A stretch of DNA of 63,914 bases, counting the filler, from Octopus bimaculoides (Eukaryota): the NCBI RefSeq assembly GCF_001194135.2. It is 6 parts of 6 records of this genome, joined end to end, with 100 filler letters (N's around TTAATTAATTAA, not from the genome) between each part and the next. Parts side by side here need not be neighbours in the genome. Positions count along the whole stretch, not along the records: positions 1 to 19,686 come from NC_068981.1; 5 more parts are not named here. One strand, given 5' to 3'. This document shows, one piece after another, positions 1 through 12,966 of this stretch. The number at the start of each line of letters is the position of its first letter. Position 1 is the stretch's first letter. The notes beneath the pieces are model-generated. The model did no database searches, had not been told where the DNA came from, and saw only the letters and a program-made list of their open reading frames with translations. The position numbers were made by a program, and so were the translations under genes.

Positions 1-1269
1 AATAAAATATAAAAGATTGTTTTGTTTTTTTTCATAGTTTCGCTCAATTTGTCACAAATATCGAACGTCAGTTACATTCAAGTTATCCAATAATGTATGG
101 TTACCGTAGACTTCTTACATAATCTGTACCAAAAATTACTCCCAAAATAAATAGGTTCTCTCTCTGTCTTTCTTTCTCTCTTCCTCCTCTCTCTCTCTTT
201 TTCTCTCTTAGACAATCAACAATTTGGTCAGTATTATAGAATTTAAATTTAAAAAAAAAACTATATCAAAGACACCGCCCGAACCACGTTATGTAATAAT
301 TACGTGAACGGAAGCATATTTGAAATGTGAGAAATTTTCTTCGAATTATTATTATTATTATTATTTTCCCCCATGTACAATAGTCTTTTTTCTCCCTTTC
401 TCTCGCCGAAATTTACAAACATAATCGTTTAAACTTTTCCGCATTTAACGAAAGATTGACTTCAAGACATTCTTCACTCATTAATTTTCTTCACTGTTCC
501 ACCCTGGCTAATGCCATTTTCTGTTTTTTATGCTTGCATTAATAATCCTTCTTCTGCACTTCCTCAGAGAATTCTCTTCCCACTACATCACCGTTCCTTT
601 TTCTTTTCTTTTCTTTTTTTTTTAAATACACTGTTGTGAGTCATATTGTCGTTATGCTATTTCAAACATTCTTCTAAGTTATTAGCTCTCCATTCACACT
701 TTCCCGTCGATGTTAAAATATTTCACTACTAAAACGTTTATCTCTTTAATACCGCTCCTTCCTTGAAGTAGATCACGCATTGCCACTCCTGTCTACACTG
801 TTCTTCCTTCAACCAAAGGAGTTATCTTGTATCATTAATACTTCCTAAATGCACACACAGAGCATTTTATTCACTTATTCTTTTACATTTAAATTGTGGG
901 GGGAACATGAACGCCTGGACACCTTCGCTGCCCATCTCTCTCATAAATATAATTATTATAAGTTGATATAAAAAATCAGTGTTAATTGTTTAACTATCAA
1001 TGTTGTACGAGAAAATAAGGCCGCGTAACGTTTTCTGTTTTCCGTTACCCTGTGTTTGTCAGGTATAAATGTTGCCAGATGTACAGGCTTGGAGGAAATG
1101 AGGAAATATTCTCTCAGCAGCTTTAACACTGTGCACAAAGTTCAAATAAGTTTCGACATACCTGATGTGTTTACGGTTAACACATGCCAGAAATTACAAA
1201 TGGATCTCTGATGGAAGATCTTTTACTGAAATTAGGTACAATTAGAAATGGGTTTAATACTACCAGACT

Positions 1270-1284
1270 AATCCTCCTCCTCAC

Positions 1285-1316
<32 letters not shown>

Positions 1317-1338
1317 CCTCCTCCTCCTCCTCCTCATC

Positions 1339-1369
<31 letters not shown>

Positions 1370-1440
1370 CCATCATCACCATCCTCCTCCTCATCATCAT
1401 CCTCCTCCTCCTCCTCATCATCATCATCATCATCATCACC
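1270..1440. repeat. (TCA)n/(TCC)n trinucleotide microsatellite running into an assembly gap
   Basis: Direct reading of tandem CAT/CCT units up to the N run at 1441. Confidence 0.95.
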
Positions 1441-2882
1441 NNNNNNNNNNNNNNNNNNNNNNNNNNNNNNNNNNNNNNNNNNNNNNNNNNNNNNNNNNNN
1501 NNNNNNNNNNNNNNNNNNNNNNNNNNNNNNNNNNNNNNNNNNNNNNNNNNNNNNNNNNNNNNNNNNNNNNNNNNNNNNNNNNNNNNNNNNNNNNNNNNNN
1601 NNNNNNNNNNNNNNNNNNNNNNNNNNNNNNNNNNNNNNNNNNNNNNNNNNNNNNNNNNNNNNNNNNNNNNNNNNNNNNNNNNNNNNNNNNNNNNNNNNNN
1701 NNNNNNNNNNNNNNNNNNNNNNNNNNNNNNNNNNNNNNNNNNNNNNNNNNNNNNNNNNNNNNNNNNNNNNNNNNNNNNNNNNNNNNNNNNNNNNNNNNNN
1801 NNNNNNNNNNNNNNNNNNNNNNNNNNNNNNNNNNNNNNNNNNNNNNNNNNNNNNNNNNNNNNNNNNNNNNNNNNNNNNNNNNNNNNNNNNNNNNNNNNNN
1901 NNNNNNNNNNNNNNNNNNNNNNNNNNNNNNNNNNNNNNNNNNNNNNNNNNNNNNNNNNNNNNNNNNNNNNNNNNNNNNNNNNNNNNNNNNNNNNNNNNNN
2001 NNNNNNNNNNNNNTGCACGCGTGCAGAAATATACACGCGCAAATAGAAAGATTGAGAGAAAGAGAAAGAGAGAGAGAGAGAGAATAAAATTTATTAATTG
2101 GACACGATTGGCACTAACACTTACCCTCTCTTGGTACACTTAAAAGGAAATATGATCACACACATAGCACACACACTCGCCCACTCACATTCACACACAC
2201 TCGCCCACGCACATTCACATATACACAAACACACATACGCGCATACACTCACACACATACACACGCACACACACAGATACACCTACGCATACATGCAAGC
2301 ACACTCATACTCTCACACACGTACGCACACACATATACGCACATACACTCACACACACGCGCACGCATACACACACACATACAAAAAAAGAGGTAAAGGG
2401 ATGGGGAGTAAGGATGGAGGAAAGAAGGGAGAGAATGAGAGAAACATCAAAACGTCTGATAATAAATAAGTCAGCGTCGAATCAGCAACGCCAAAATGAG
2501 AGGCGCCAAAACAGCTGTGCCAAAATGTCTCATATCCATCACATCAATATCTCGGCACCAAACGCTGTTGCCCCATAAAAATCTCCAAACCTAGCTATCA
2601 CCACATCAATAAACCTCCAGGCCAGCTCTCACCATATCAAAATCTTCAAATTAAAATGTCTTCTCTGTACTTCCAGATAAAACTTATCAATATCTCTGGA
2701 CTAATTCCAATCGTATCAGTATTTTCAGATTAAACTTCCTTCCAGTCAGTATATAGGGAGAAAATCTTTTACCCCGCCATTAACTGAAAGTTTTTTTTAA
2801 TGTTTTTCTATTTTTGTAAAGGGTCTGTTATTCGTCAGTTTCAGAATCATCGAACTTATCGATTCTGGATAGATTAAAAATT

Positions 2883-3155
2883 GAAGGCGCGCGTCCCCGT
2901 GGCTACGGTGTTGCACCGACGATCGCAAGATCGTGGTTTCGATACCCGGATCGGTTGGCGCGTTGTGTTTTTGAGTAAAACACCTCGTTTCACGTTGCTC
3001 CAGTTAATTAAGCTGTAAATGAATATCCTGCAAACGGGCTGGCGTTCTGTTCGGCGATGGAAGGCAGTATGTTGTGGCCTCGGTCACTCACACGCTAATA
3101 GAAACAGGGTAACCGGCCTTATGAGATCCAGGACACGAGACAGAAATGTCCAGGG
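2883..3155 (+). mobile_element. tRNA-derived SINE, family C, diverged copy
   Basis: Degenerate A/B-box head (GGTTTCGATACCC) followed by GCGTTGTGTTTTTGAGTAAAACAC...TTTCACGTTGCTCCAG, the central domain shared with the copies at 28883, 41731 and 47135. Confidence 0.8.
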
Positions 3156-5114
3156 GTTGATAATGATGATGATGACGATGATGACGGTGATGGCGATGAT
3201 GATGATGATGATGATTATGATTATGACGATGACGATGATAATCATGATGAAATAGTGATGCTGAANNNNNNNNNNNNNNNNNNNNNNNNNNNNNNNNNNN
3301 NNNNNNNNNNTGGTGGTGGTGGTGGTGGTGGTGGTGATGATGGTAATGATGATGATGATGACGACGACGACGACGACGACGACAATGATGATGATGATGA
3401 CGACGATGATGATGATGAAAAGCAAAAATCAGTTTCATTGGTTTTAAACACTGTTCACCGAAACTAAATGCCTTATCGAACAATTCACTAATAATCAGTC
3501 AGTGATAACTGAAATTTCTCCCAAGTAAAATCGATGCAGTATGAAGAAGAGATATCTAAAACAACAATGACCACAACGAAGATGACAGCAACAACATTTA
3601 CAATAGTAATGTTTGGAAGTCAGATTAAGTTTTCTATGTGACAATTCAGGCGAATAAATTGATGAATTGATGATGTTAAGTACTGCAGCCCAGAAGATCG
3701 TTCGGTGGTTACCATAGAAACAGACCCACGTGAGCTATTACGATTGAACATGCTTTCAGCTCAGACGAACTTCGTCAACAAAGTGTTTTGTGTTTGTCTG
3801 CCGTAAGCATACTCATTTTTTTCTGACCCATTACAAACACATGGCAATATAATTCCTGTAAAATTCTGAGCTTTTTTCCCTCCCATTAAATATTCTTCCC
3901 ACAAAGAATGTATGTCATAGGAAGCAATTAACTAATATAGTAATATCGTTAGACATATGAAAAATCACAGCTATGAATAATGAGCGGTTGTTGCTTTGTT
4001 TCGTCTCGGGTAGACCAGAACCCTCTTCATGAAATACGCGTGGACTTTGCGTGGGTGATCGCCGCTTTTTGTGGTTGTCAAACTGGTCTTCCCTTATCAT
4101 AAATGCAACATCACTTTGAATGCAGCAAAACATACGCATAAAGCAATCGCCCTGTGCGCTCCGCACTCGCCTCTCTTCGCTACTGATTAACTCACCTTCA
4201 GACCAACTGAAGACTCATCAGAACTTCCGGATCAACACTTTCATCATTAAAACCTCCAGATCAAACACTTCCCGATCAAAATCTCCTGTCAATTCTTATC
4301 CAATCAATACCCGCTGAAACTCTCTCTCTTTCTCTCTCTCATCAATATCTTCAAACCAGCTCTGAGTTCAATATCTTCTGATCTACTCTCATTCCTCAAT
4401 ATCTCCATATCAACTCTCTCTCATCCATACCTCTTAAACAACTCTTTCTCTTCCTCCCTCTCTCTCTCCCCCTCTTTATCTATCTATTTACCTCCTCTTC
4501 TCTCTTCCCATCAATACCACCAGATCAATTCTTCCTCGTCTCTCTCCATCTCTAACCTCCGCCTCCATCCCTCCCCCATTCCTGTTATCTATCCCTCGCT
4601 CTCCTATCTATCTATCTATCTATCTATCTATTTATCTATCCCTCCGTATCGACTTTCACCCCAACTCATACACTTCCACACAAACTCTCTTCCTCTCCCT
4701 ACTCCCCAGACTAACTTTGTCAACATCAATACTCCTTCCAAACCGACTCTAATATCATAAAAGGTGTAAAAGTTTGATAGTTGTCATAGAGACATTAGTC
4801 TCTCTCTATCACCTTTCAACATAATTATATATTAAGAAACAGTAGAACAATTTAACAACATAATAAAAATAAGTTTTATTTTTGATGATGCTTGGTTATA
4901 CAAATCCTGTGTCACTCAGCTTAACAGCCGCTGATTAAGTTGTTGGTTTTGGAAAGTTAAGAGCTTCCTTGATGCCTGCCAGAGAAACAAGTAGCTATCA
5001 CCATCGAAGGCATCGTGGTGAAGAGTGCTTCGTTGAGGAGCGAGGAGTTGTCACGTAGAAGGTCTGTCGCTCAACTCACTGAGAAAGTGAAACTCACTCT
5101 TTAAGTACTAGTTT

Positions 5115-5290
5115 TACTACGCATGCGCACTCGAGGGGCTTCCGGTGGTGAAGTCCTTTGCGCATGCGCAGAATAGTACTTCCTCAATGGCGGCTATAAT
5201 TTCGCGCCACTACAAAGGCATCTCACCTGTGAACAGTTCATCTGTGGGTAACTTAGATTATATTATCTAATACATTTTAGGCACGGAAGT
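5115..5290. promoter_or_regulatory. CpG-rich housekeeping-type (possibly bidirectional) Pol II promoter
   Basis: Two NRF1-type GCGCATGCGC motifs (5120-5129 one base short, 5159-5170), ETS motifs CTTCCGG (5139-5145), ACTTCC (5178) and CGGAAGT (5284), a YY1-like ATGGCGGC (5187-5194) and ACTACAA (5209-5215), all within 175 bp of an otherwise CpG-poor region. Confidence 0.6.
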
Positions 5291-5905
5291 GTCGTTAGTC
5301 GAGTATGTCCGAGATGCACGCAGGGCGACGAGACGGTCCTGCATGCTCTCGTCCAGTGTCCGAATATTGCTGACTTGAGGGTTATGTCGAACACTTGCTG
5401 TCGCCCGTGGGACGGATCTGGCTGTCAACTGAATCCATCGTGAAGATTGCCCCGCCGCCTTCCTTTACCCGGGAAGGGCAGGCTGTCTTTATATGCCTGG
5501 TGGCCAAAGCGAAAGAGGTTGTATGGTGGACGGGACTAAAGGGGCCATTCCCTGATCAACTTCGTCAAATTTCACTTGAAGAGGAAAATAAGAGTAGACA
5601 GGAAAGTGTTGCCTTCTAGCAAGGTTGCTGAAAGATGGATGAGAATGGCGAGAATTGTGCGAGTGAATGGACCTGCCCTGAGCATATACCTGTAATTGGA
5701 GAAAAGGAAATGAGAAAAGGGACCTGCCCCAGAAGTCAGGGCACCCACGGTTTTATGGGGTTTTTCCATGAGCAGCCCTCGAACGTCTCCTCCCTATTGA
5801 GGATTACACATTAATCTTTTTCCTCCTTTATGTTAAGCTTGCTTATATGCAAACCCTCACAACGACACACACCCATACACATAAACACGTGGTCAATAAA
5901 GAAAT
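5280..5905 (+). mobile_element. 5'-truncated Tx1/L1-clade LINE, ORF2 C-terminus plus 3' UTR (frameshifted)
   Basis: Translates CPRCTQGDETVLHALVQCP (CCHC zinc knuckle of zf-RVT type, from 5306), then ...KAKEVVWW... and ...FHLKRKIRVDRKVL...ERW..., stop at 5693-5695, AATAAA near 5896. Confidence 0.8.
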
Positions 5906-6099
5906 CATTATTATTTTTATAAGGATTGTTGAGCATTGGGATCAATGTAATCGAATTGTTGGCCCTGTGCCAAATTTGAAACCATTATAATCATTTTGGT
6001 TCGGATCAAGGTCGGTCTTATGTGGATAACCTTAGCTATCTACACGTTTTCAGCAGTCTTTCAAGTGTTTAGAATGCTCCTGATAATCCTTGCTGTTTC

Positions 6100-6101
6100 T
6101 T

Positions 6102-6132
<31 letters not shown>

Positions 6133-6146
6133 TTATTATTATTATT

Positions 6147-6225
<79 letters not shown>
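6100..6225. repeat. Compound (TTC)n-(TTA)n-(TAA)n microsatellite
   Basis: Direct reading. Confidence 0.95.
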
Positions 6226-6226
<1 letters not shown>

Positions 6227-8507
6227 TACTATTTTGCGTTAAATTTGTCAAGATATGATTTGAGTGAGATGTGGCTACTCTCAGTAAACCTCTGTCAGAG
6301 TCTTTTTTTACCTTTATTATTTAGTTTTAAACATGAAAAAGAATCAAATCAGTTATACATAAGGATAACTGGTTCGTTTGCTGAATCCATTAGCACACAT
6401 TTGATACCTTAGCTTAGATTTGTACGGACACATATTGTGTGCTCCACATAAATTTCAGTCACAAGTATTTCATCGATTTGCAGCTATGGTAAAAAGACCC
6501 ACACCAAACGTTAAGTACAGTGGGTTTGATCCCAGAATTACGTGATGGTGATATCCAGACGACTATATCTTGTAAAAAAAGCATCTTTGATTAACTAATA
6601 TACTTGATTTGTTTTTCTCTTTTCCTTGCTTTCTAATTTATGTTTGCCAGAATATAAGAGGTCTTACAGGCTTTCAATTTCCTGTAATTAAATTAGCTAA
6701 GTCTATTAACTATTCTATTTCAGTATTAAACATATAACTGTTTTTGTGTCAGTTTTATGATTCGCCGGTTTGTTTTATTGAAGTACTTAGAAAATTTCCA
6801 TTTTGACAATTCTGTTTCCTTTTCTGTTCTTATCTCGATAATCTGAAATGATTTTATTACTTTATAAATATTTTCTCATGTATATCGTTCAATTATATAC
6901 TATAAAATTTGCTTGAGGCTTCAGGTCTTAAAATATCTGTCAGTTACTTAAATAATGATTTGTAATATAGGCACAATGTCATGAAATAGTGGGAGGATAT
7001 CAGTGATTAAATCGAGCTCTGCACTTAGCTGGCTACTATCGGCTGGCAAAATCGTTAAGTCATTGGATAAAATGTATTTAGTCATGGCTTCCACGTTTTG
7101 AGTGCAAATCTTGACCAGCTCAAATTTTCCTTTCAGGATAGATAAAATAAAGTAATCGATAAATAAAGTAGTAGAACTGTATATAGGTCGATACTCTTCT
7201 TTCATTCTATCTGTTTATCGGTATATATATCTCTATTTCTGGAAGAAATCAGTTGTCAAATCTGGAAAGAAATGGGCTACGCTAGATCTGAAACTGCCCA
7301 AGATACACTGTATGTCATGACAGTGTCCCTACAACTTCAGCAAGGAGTAGGGAGATCAAGGCATCTAGTAGGGTTGATTTAATATTCCTATAAAGGGTGC
7401 AAGCGGGTAGAATCGTTAGGCCTTTCATCCTTCCGGGGTCGATTAAATAAGTAGCAGTTACTCACTGGGGTCGATGTAATCGACTTAATCCCTTTGTCTG
7501 TCCTTATTTGTCCCTTCTATGAGCACCATTCTAGAAGGTTATCAAATTATAAGGGAAGCGTCCAGATATGTAGATAAAAAGCAGACTCACCCATGGCAGG
7601 ACTTGAATCCGAAATGTAAAAAAGATATCACTAAATGTAGAAATACATTTTGTCCGATGTTCTACATTTTTCTTTTCTTTTTCCTAATCCTCTAATTTAA
7701 ACCAGACAATTCTTTCGTGCGGTCTACTTAAATGGAGCCCGTTTCTGGCAGGGGATCAGCTAGAGCTAACCTATAATACAGCGATCGTTTTGTAAAATGA
7801 AATAACAGAAAAGAAAAGTGATGAGTCACAAGAGAAAATATCAGGTTGCAAGAAAAAAATGTGCATAAGTATAATAGAGAATATAATAAAAGGAAAGACT
7901 TATAGATTGCCAATACTGAAATGAAGAAGATATATGATTGCAGACTGCAGGCTATAAAGTAACGTTGAATTGTTCGTTTCATATCAACTATAAGACGCAT
8001 GGAACTATTCTTCTGCTAAATACTGTGTTTGAAGAGTAGGTTTTAAAAAGTTAACTGAAAAGAATAGAGTAACATTAATCTGGGTCTGTTTTAAAGGAAA
8101 TTTAATATTTTGCGAACAATTAGTCATACGAGAAAGAACTAATAGGTAGATAGCCAAATCGCTATTTTTTAGCTAGTGTCATGACAATAATTGATTTTTA
8201 AACTACATTTATTGCTTTCACATCGACTTTATTGCCTGCATCTAAATCATCTAAATCGAATAACAATAGATTCCTCTTGAAATCTGTTTATACAACTGAT
8301 GATTTGTTACATTCAATGGGACATAAGAAAACCTTTATAATAGGATTAGTAACAGGCGACTTAAATAGCAACAGCGACGTAAGGGAAGTAACTCTTAATT
8401 GTAATCCTGGAATTGTTTTCATTTCATCGCCCGAACGTTACAATTAAACTTTGTACATTTCCTCGGTATGTTTTTCTGTAGCCAGAAAAAGAAGGACGTG
8501 ACTACTA

Positions 8508-8911
8508 GACATACATACATACATACATACATACATACATACAAATATACATGCATGCATACATACATACATACATACATACATACATACATACATACAA
8601 ATATACTTGCATACATACATACATACATACATACATACATGCATACATACATACAAATATATATACATGCATGCATACATACATACATACATGCATGCAT
8701 ACATACATACATACATACATGCATACATACATATATACATACAAATATACATGCATGCATACATACATACATACATACACATACATACATACATACATAC
8801 AAATATACATGCATGCATGCATACATACATACATACATACATATACATACATACATACATACATACATATACATACATACATACATATACATACATACAT
8901 GCATACATACA

Positions 8912-8943
<32 letters not shown>

Positions 8944-8962
8944 CATACATACATACATACAT
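8508..8962. repeat. Long (TACA)n tetranucleotide microsatellite with TGCA/TATA variants
   Basis: Direct reading; source of the YIHT/MYVC pseudo-ORFs. Confidence 0.95.
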
Positions 8963-9196
8963 AAATACATGGAAATATACCCCGTTGATGTTGAAATCCC
9001 AACGAAGTAGCCTTGGATCTAGATTAGAAACCTGCTCCTTCTCTGTTGGCAAGAAATCGTGAAATAAAACTGAATAATGACATACATACATACATACATA
9101 CATACATACATAAATACATACATACATACATACATACATACATACGTACATACGTACGTACGTACGTACATACATACATACATTCATACATACATA

Positions 9197-9355
9197 CATG
9201 ATGGCCGTCCACTCGTGACCGAGGAAGACCATTGCCGACCTTCAGGAACATTGTGCGCTCTATGACTAACTTATATGTTGCATTTGCGGCTCCGTTGGTG
9301 GCTAATGAGCCCTGCTCTTGACAAGCATACACGACTGCAAACATTGCAGATTAAG
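9197..9355 (-). mobile_element. RTE-clade LINE 3' terminal fragment
   Basis: Minus strand encodes CNVCSRVCLSRAGLISHQRSRKCNI*, the C-terminal Cys/His motif typical of RTE/BovB ORFs. The short 3' UTR runs straight into an (ATGT)n tail. Confidence 0.7.
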
Positions 9356-9965
9356 TATAGTGATTGATATAAAAGTTTTTTAAACACTATAAAACCGACT
9401 AAAACCCCGACGTAAGATGAGGTCCGTCACTCGATGTAAATCGCATCTCTCCTCTCTATCTCTCCCTAATACCTTCCACATCTTCAACACAGGTTCCCCA
9501 ACCTCTCCACTGCATTCTTTATACCCGATTACAGTAGCCCCATTAACTGTCACGGCGCAGGAATCCCAGAATAGCTAGTCTACTGCCTAGCTGGTTATAC
9601 GGTCATCTGTCCGGAATACAAAGGGGAACTGAACTGGGTATGTCCAGACAATTGAACCGGATTACCGTTATATTGTGCCATTTTTAAGAAAGTAAATATT
9701 CTCTCGTCGTTTGATAATGACATTCCTTTTCATACATGTGTGTGTGTGAGTGTGTGTGTGTGTGTATTCGTTTTGCAAGATTCTTGATGTGAAATCGTTT
9801 GTTGAAACAGATATATTTTGGGACGGTCATTTTGCCGATAATAACACCGCACTGTTTATCTGATCTTCGATTCATTATTATTATTATTATTATTATTATC
9901 ATTATTATTATTATTATCATTATTATTATTATTATTATTTTAGTTTACTTGTCAAACTTCTTTCG

Positions 9966-10047
<82 letters not shown>

Positions 10048-10989
10048 GTATATATCTATGTATATGTAGAATTACACACAAACACATGAGCCTGTGCACG
10101 CATGTACGCACGGACGTCACATATTTTAACTTTAATATAAATATCTGCAAAAAAAAAAAATGAAGAAAAAGAAAACAATTATAATTACAGAATACACGGC
10201 ATACACAATGCATACGAACTTATATATACAGACTAGAATAGTTTTGAATTTGTCATATCGCCAACAGAAAAAAAAAGGGTAAATAAAAGTTGTGTTACCA
10301 TAATTTTGTCCAACTCCAGTATGTACATCGGGAATTGAAAAGATCAATATAATTTTCTTCGTTCATCGCCTGTTCATTCTTTTTTTCTTTTTCTTTTATT
10401 TTTCAACAACTATTATGTAGGCCGTATGCAGCCCATTGTACCAGTTGCGTTCTCATGCATTATATTCATCGAAAGTCATTGCCAATGAAACAAACGTTTG
10501 CAAAACACGTCTGTTGTTTTGATGAGTCGTCTGCAGTTTATAATCAATTGCTTCACGTGATTATGTCATATGTGCTTGAGGACTTGAATGTCGTGGCTTG
10601 AAATTCATTGTTCATGGCTATCTCGTTGTATTGCTGTTTTTTATTTGCTCAGACATAAGTGCAGGTGCATACTCCTACATGTATGCACACACTAACTCGC
10701 CCACATATTTACAAACCCCGGGAATTTCTTGACTCAAAAAGTCTTGTCACTTTGTTAGCAGTCGGCTTGAACTCCATTAAGAACTTAAATCTCAAGCCAT
10801 ACATACATACATACATACATACATACATAACATGCGTACTCACGTACAAACATACATGTTTCTCTGGTTGGAATTTAGACAGGAATTTAAACAGTAGTAA
10901 CAGGGTATGTATGTATGTATGTATGTATGTATGTATGTATGTATGTATGTACAAAGATCCGTTCCAAACAGGGACAACTTTTCACAAAA

Positions 10990-11295
10990 AAAAAATGACT
11001 TCACCTGTGCATCCAATCTACGCAGTTACATGCTCAGGACGTGGAGAAAATTACGTAGGACAAACCGGAGGATCCGGTTTATCTTAAGACAACGCATGAC
11101 TCTACGTAGATCATAAATTACAATACAGGAATACAATCTAATAGAAGTCATTGACTATGTAGACACCTTTGCAAGCAAGAATCAACTAAGTTTTATGATT
11201 TTTTCCTTATATCAATTTAGCGATTACACAACTCAACACAACGCATCAACGAAGAAACAATTTTCACAGCCAAATATCAATCACTTCTAAATAAC
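10990..11295 (+). mobile_element. Penelope-like element GIY-YIG endonuclease remnant
   Basis: With frameshifts it reads DFTCASN..IYAVTCSG(R)GENYVGQTG..LRQRMTL and ends with ..AKYQSLLN, the PLE GIY-YIG pattern with the CxxC insert between IY and YVG. Confidence 0.7.
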
Positions 11296-11729
11296 TGTGG
11301 CAGAGACGACAACTGAGGCTAATAGTTATAGCAACTGACATTGCTGTGAACAATCACTGTTGCTGCTACTATTGACAGCCACTCCTGTGGCTACTGAGAC
11401 CATCATAGCTCAGCAAAAAAACAGAAGGGAAAGAAACACTAAAGGTTAATTTAATTTAATTCATTTCAATTTATTTTACCTTTTATTTGAGCATGGCTAC
11501 GTCATCTTTTTAAACGATTGAAACCGGAAGCATATTGTGATAAAAATGTAAATGTTTTCCAGTTTTTATTCATTATATAAATATCTCAAAGGTATTTTCT
11601 GTTATTTGTTTTTTAATATAAATTTACTCGTGTAAAACATCTTAACCCCATACATACATACATACATACATGAATACATATATGCACACCCACTACACAC
11701 ACATGCACAGATACACACACACACACATC

Positions 11730-12051
11730 CTAGCACTCTGTCGATTACGACGACGAGGTTTCCAGTTGATCCGATCAACAGAACAGCCTGCTTATGAAAT
11801 TAATGTGCAAGTGGCTGAGCACTCCACAGACACGCGGACCCTTAACATTGTTCTCAAAGAGATACAACGTAACACAGAATGTGATAAGGGCGGCCCTTTC
11901 AAATACAGGTACAACTAATTTTTCCAGCTGAGTGGACTGGAGCAACGTGAAATAAAGTGTCTTGCTCAAGAACACAACATGTCGCCAGGAATTGAACTCA
12001 CGACCTTACGATCGTGAGCCAAATATCCCAACCACTAAACCACGGGCCTTC
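11730..12051 (-). mobile_element. tRNA-derived SINE, family C
   Basis: Reverse complement begins GAAGGCCCGTGGTTTAGTGGTTGGG...GATCGTAAGGTCGTGAGTTCAATTCC (A/B boxes), then GTTGTGTTCTTGAGCAAGACACTTTATTTCACGTTGCTCCAG. Confidence 0.9.
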
Positions 12052-12290
12052 GCTCATACCAATTATAATAGGAGCAATAGGATACATACCAACCCGTCTG
12101 GAACAAAGTATGGCTGAACCTGGGATCTTGGGGGAGTGAACGCAGATCCTTAGCTCACACGCTACATATTATCCGGATATCTGGGGAAAATAAAATCTGT
12201 AAGACCCGAAGATTTAAAAGACGATGAACAAAACAAGATGATTTCCTTCACAAACCATGTTACCAAGTGAGTGGCCGGTCAAAATTAAGG

Positions 12291-12377
12291 TGGCGAGCTG
12301 GCAGAAACGTCAGCACGCCGGGCAAAATGCTTAGCGGTATTTCGTCTGCCGCTACGTTCTGAGTTCAAATTCCGCAC
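12291..12377 (+). mobile_element. tRNA-derived SINE, family B, head only
   Basis: GGCGAGCTGGCAGAAACGTCAGCACGCCGGGCAAAATGCTTAGCGGTATTTCG...GAGTTCAAATTCCGC, matching more than ten other copies in the window. Confidence 0.85.
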
Positions 12378-12664
12378 ATTTTAAGAATGTAATTCATAAT
12401 ATAGATAGGCGAGTCTCCTCGTTAACAGTTGATGAAGTGACCTCCAATGCGGCCTCACTAACTACAAAGATGTCTTTAGGAGTATCGAGTCCTTAGAGTA
12501 AATCCTTTATGTGAGAACTAAAAAAATATCCCCAGGAAATCTCGTAAAACTAGGTCCAGAACGGTCATATGGTTCAATGCATTGACATTTAGATATCCGT
12601 TATGCTTAAGTGAGAAATATTTTATCATGTTTCAAGACAAATCAGTTCTAATCTAAATGTCTGA

Positions 12665-12858
12665 ACAGTTCTATATTTAAGAGATGAGGAATTATGTACA
12701 TTATTTACATTATTTACAATTGACGGATATTTGTCCTCATCTTGTTTGTTGTTAACACAACGTTTCGGCTGATATACCCTCCAGCCTTCATCAGGTATCT
12801 TGGGGAAATTTCGAACCTGGGTTCGCCATTCCTAAGGTATTTTTCGATGTTGTTGTTG

Positions 12859-12895
<37 letters not shown>

Positions 12896-12966
12896 CCAGG
12901 TCACTGCTTGGAATCGAACTCAGAATCTTGGGGTTAGTATCCCGCGCTTTTAACCACTACGCCATA
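12665..12966 (-). mobile_element. Short tRNA-headed element carrying a hammerhead ribozyme (putative PLE-dependent SINE)
   Basis: A box TGGCGTAGTGG (12964-12954), B box AGTTCGATTCC (12920-12910), (AAT/AAC)n linker, hammerhead at 12799-12754, and a 3' tail shared with 23190-23281. Confidence 0.75.
12754..12799 (-). ncRNA. Minimal type-I hammerhead ribozyme
   Basis: GATAC-CTGATGA-A-GGCTG(GAGGGTATAT)CAGCC-GAAA-CG-TT-GTGTT: intact CUGAUGA and GAAA core, 5-bp stem II, stem I GATAC/GTGTT with two G.U, palindromic ACGU stem III, GUU triplet, one extra A after A9. Confidence 0.75.

Noticed and set aside
4190-4225. CTGATGA plus 8-bp hairpin on the minus strand
   Set aside because: It is followed by GAGTT, not GAAA, and there is no stem I or III.
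4882-4934. C/D box snoRNA (TGATGA...CTGA)
   Set aside because: It is only about 50 nt, has no terminal stem, and no guide complementarity is recognisable.
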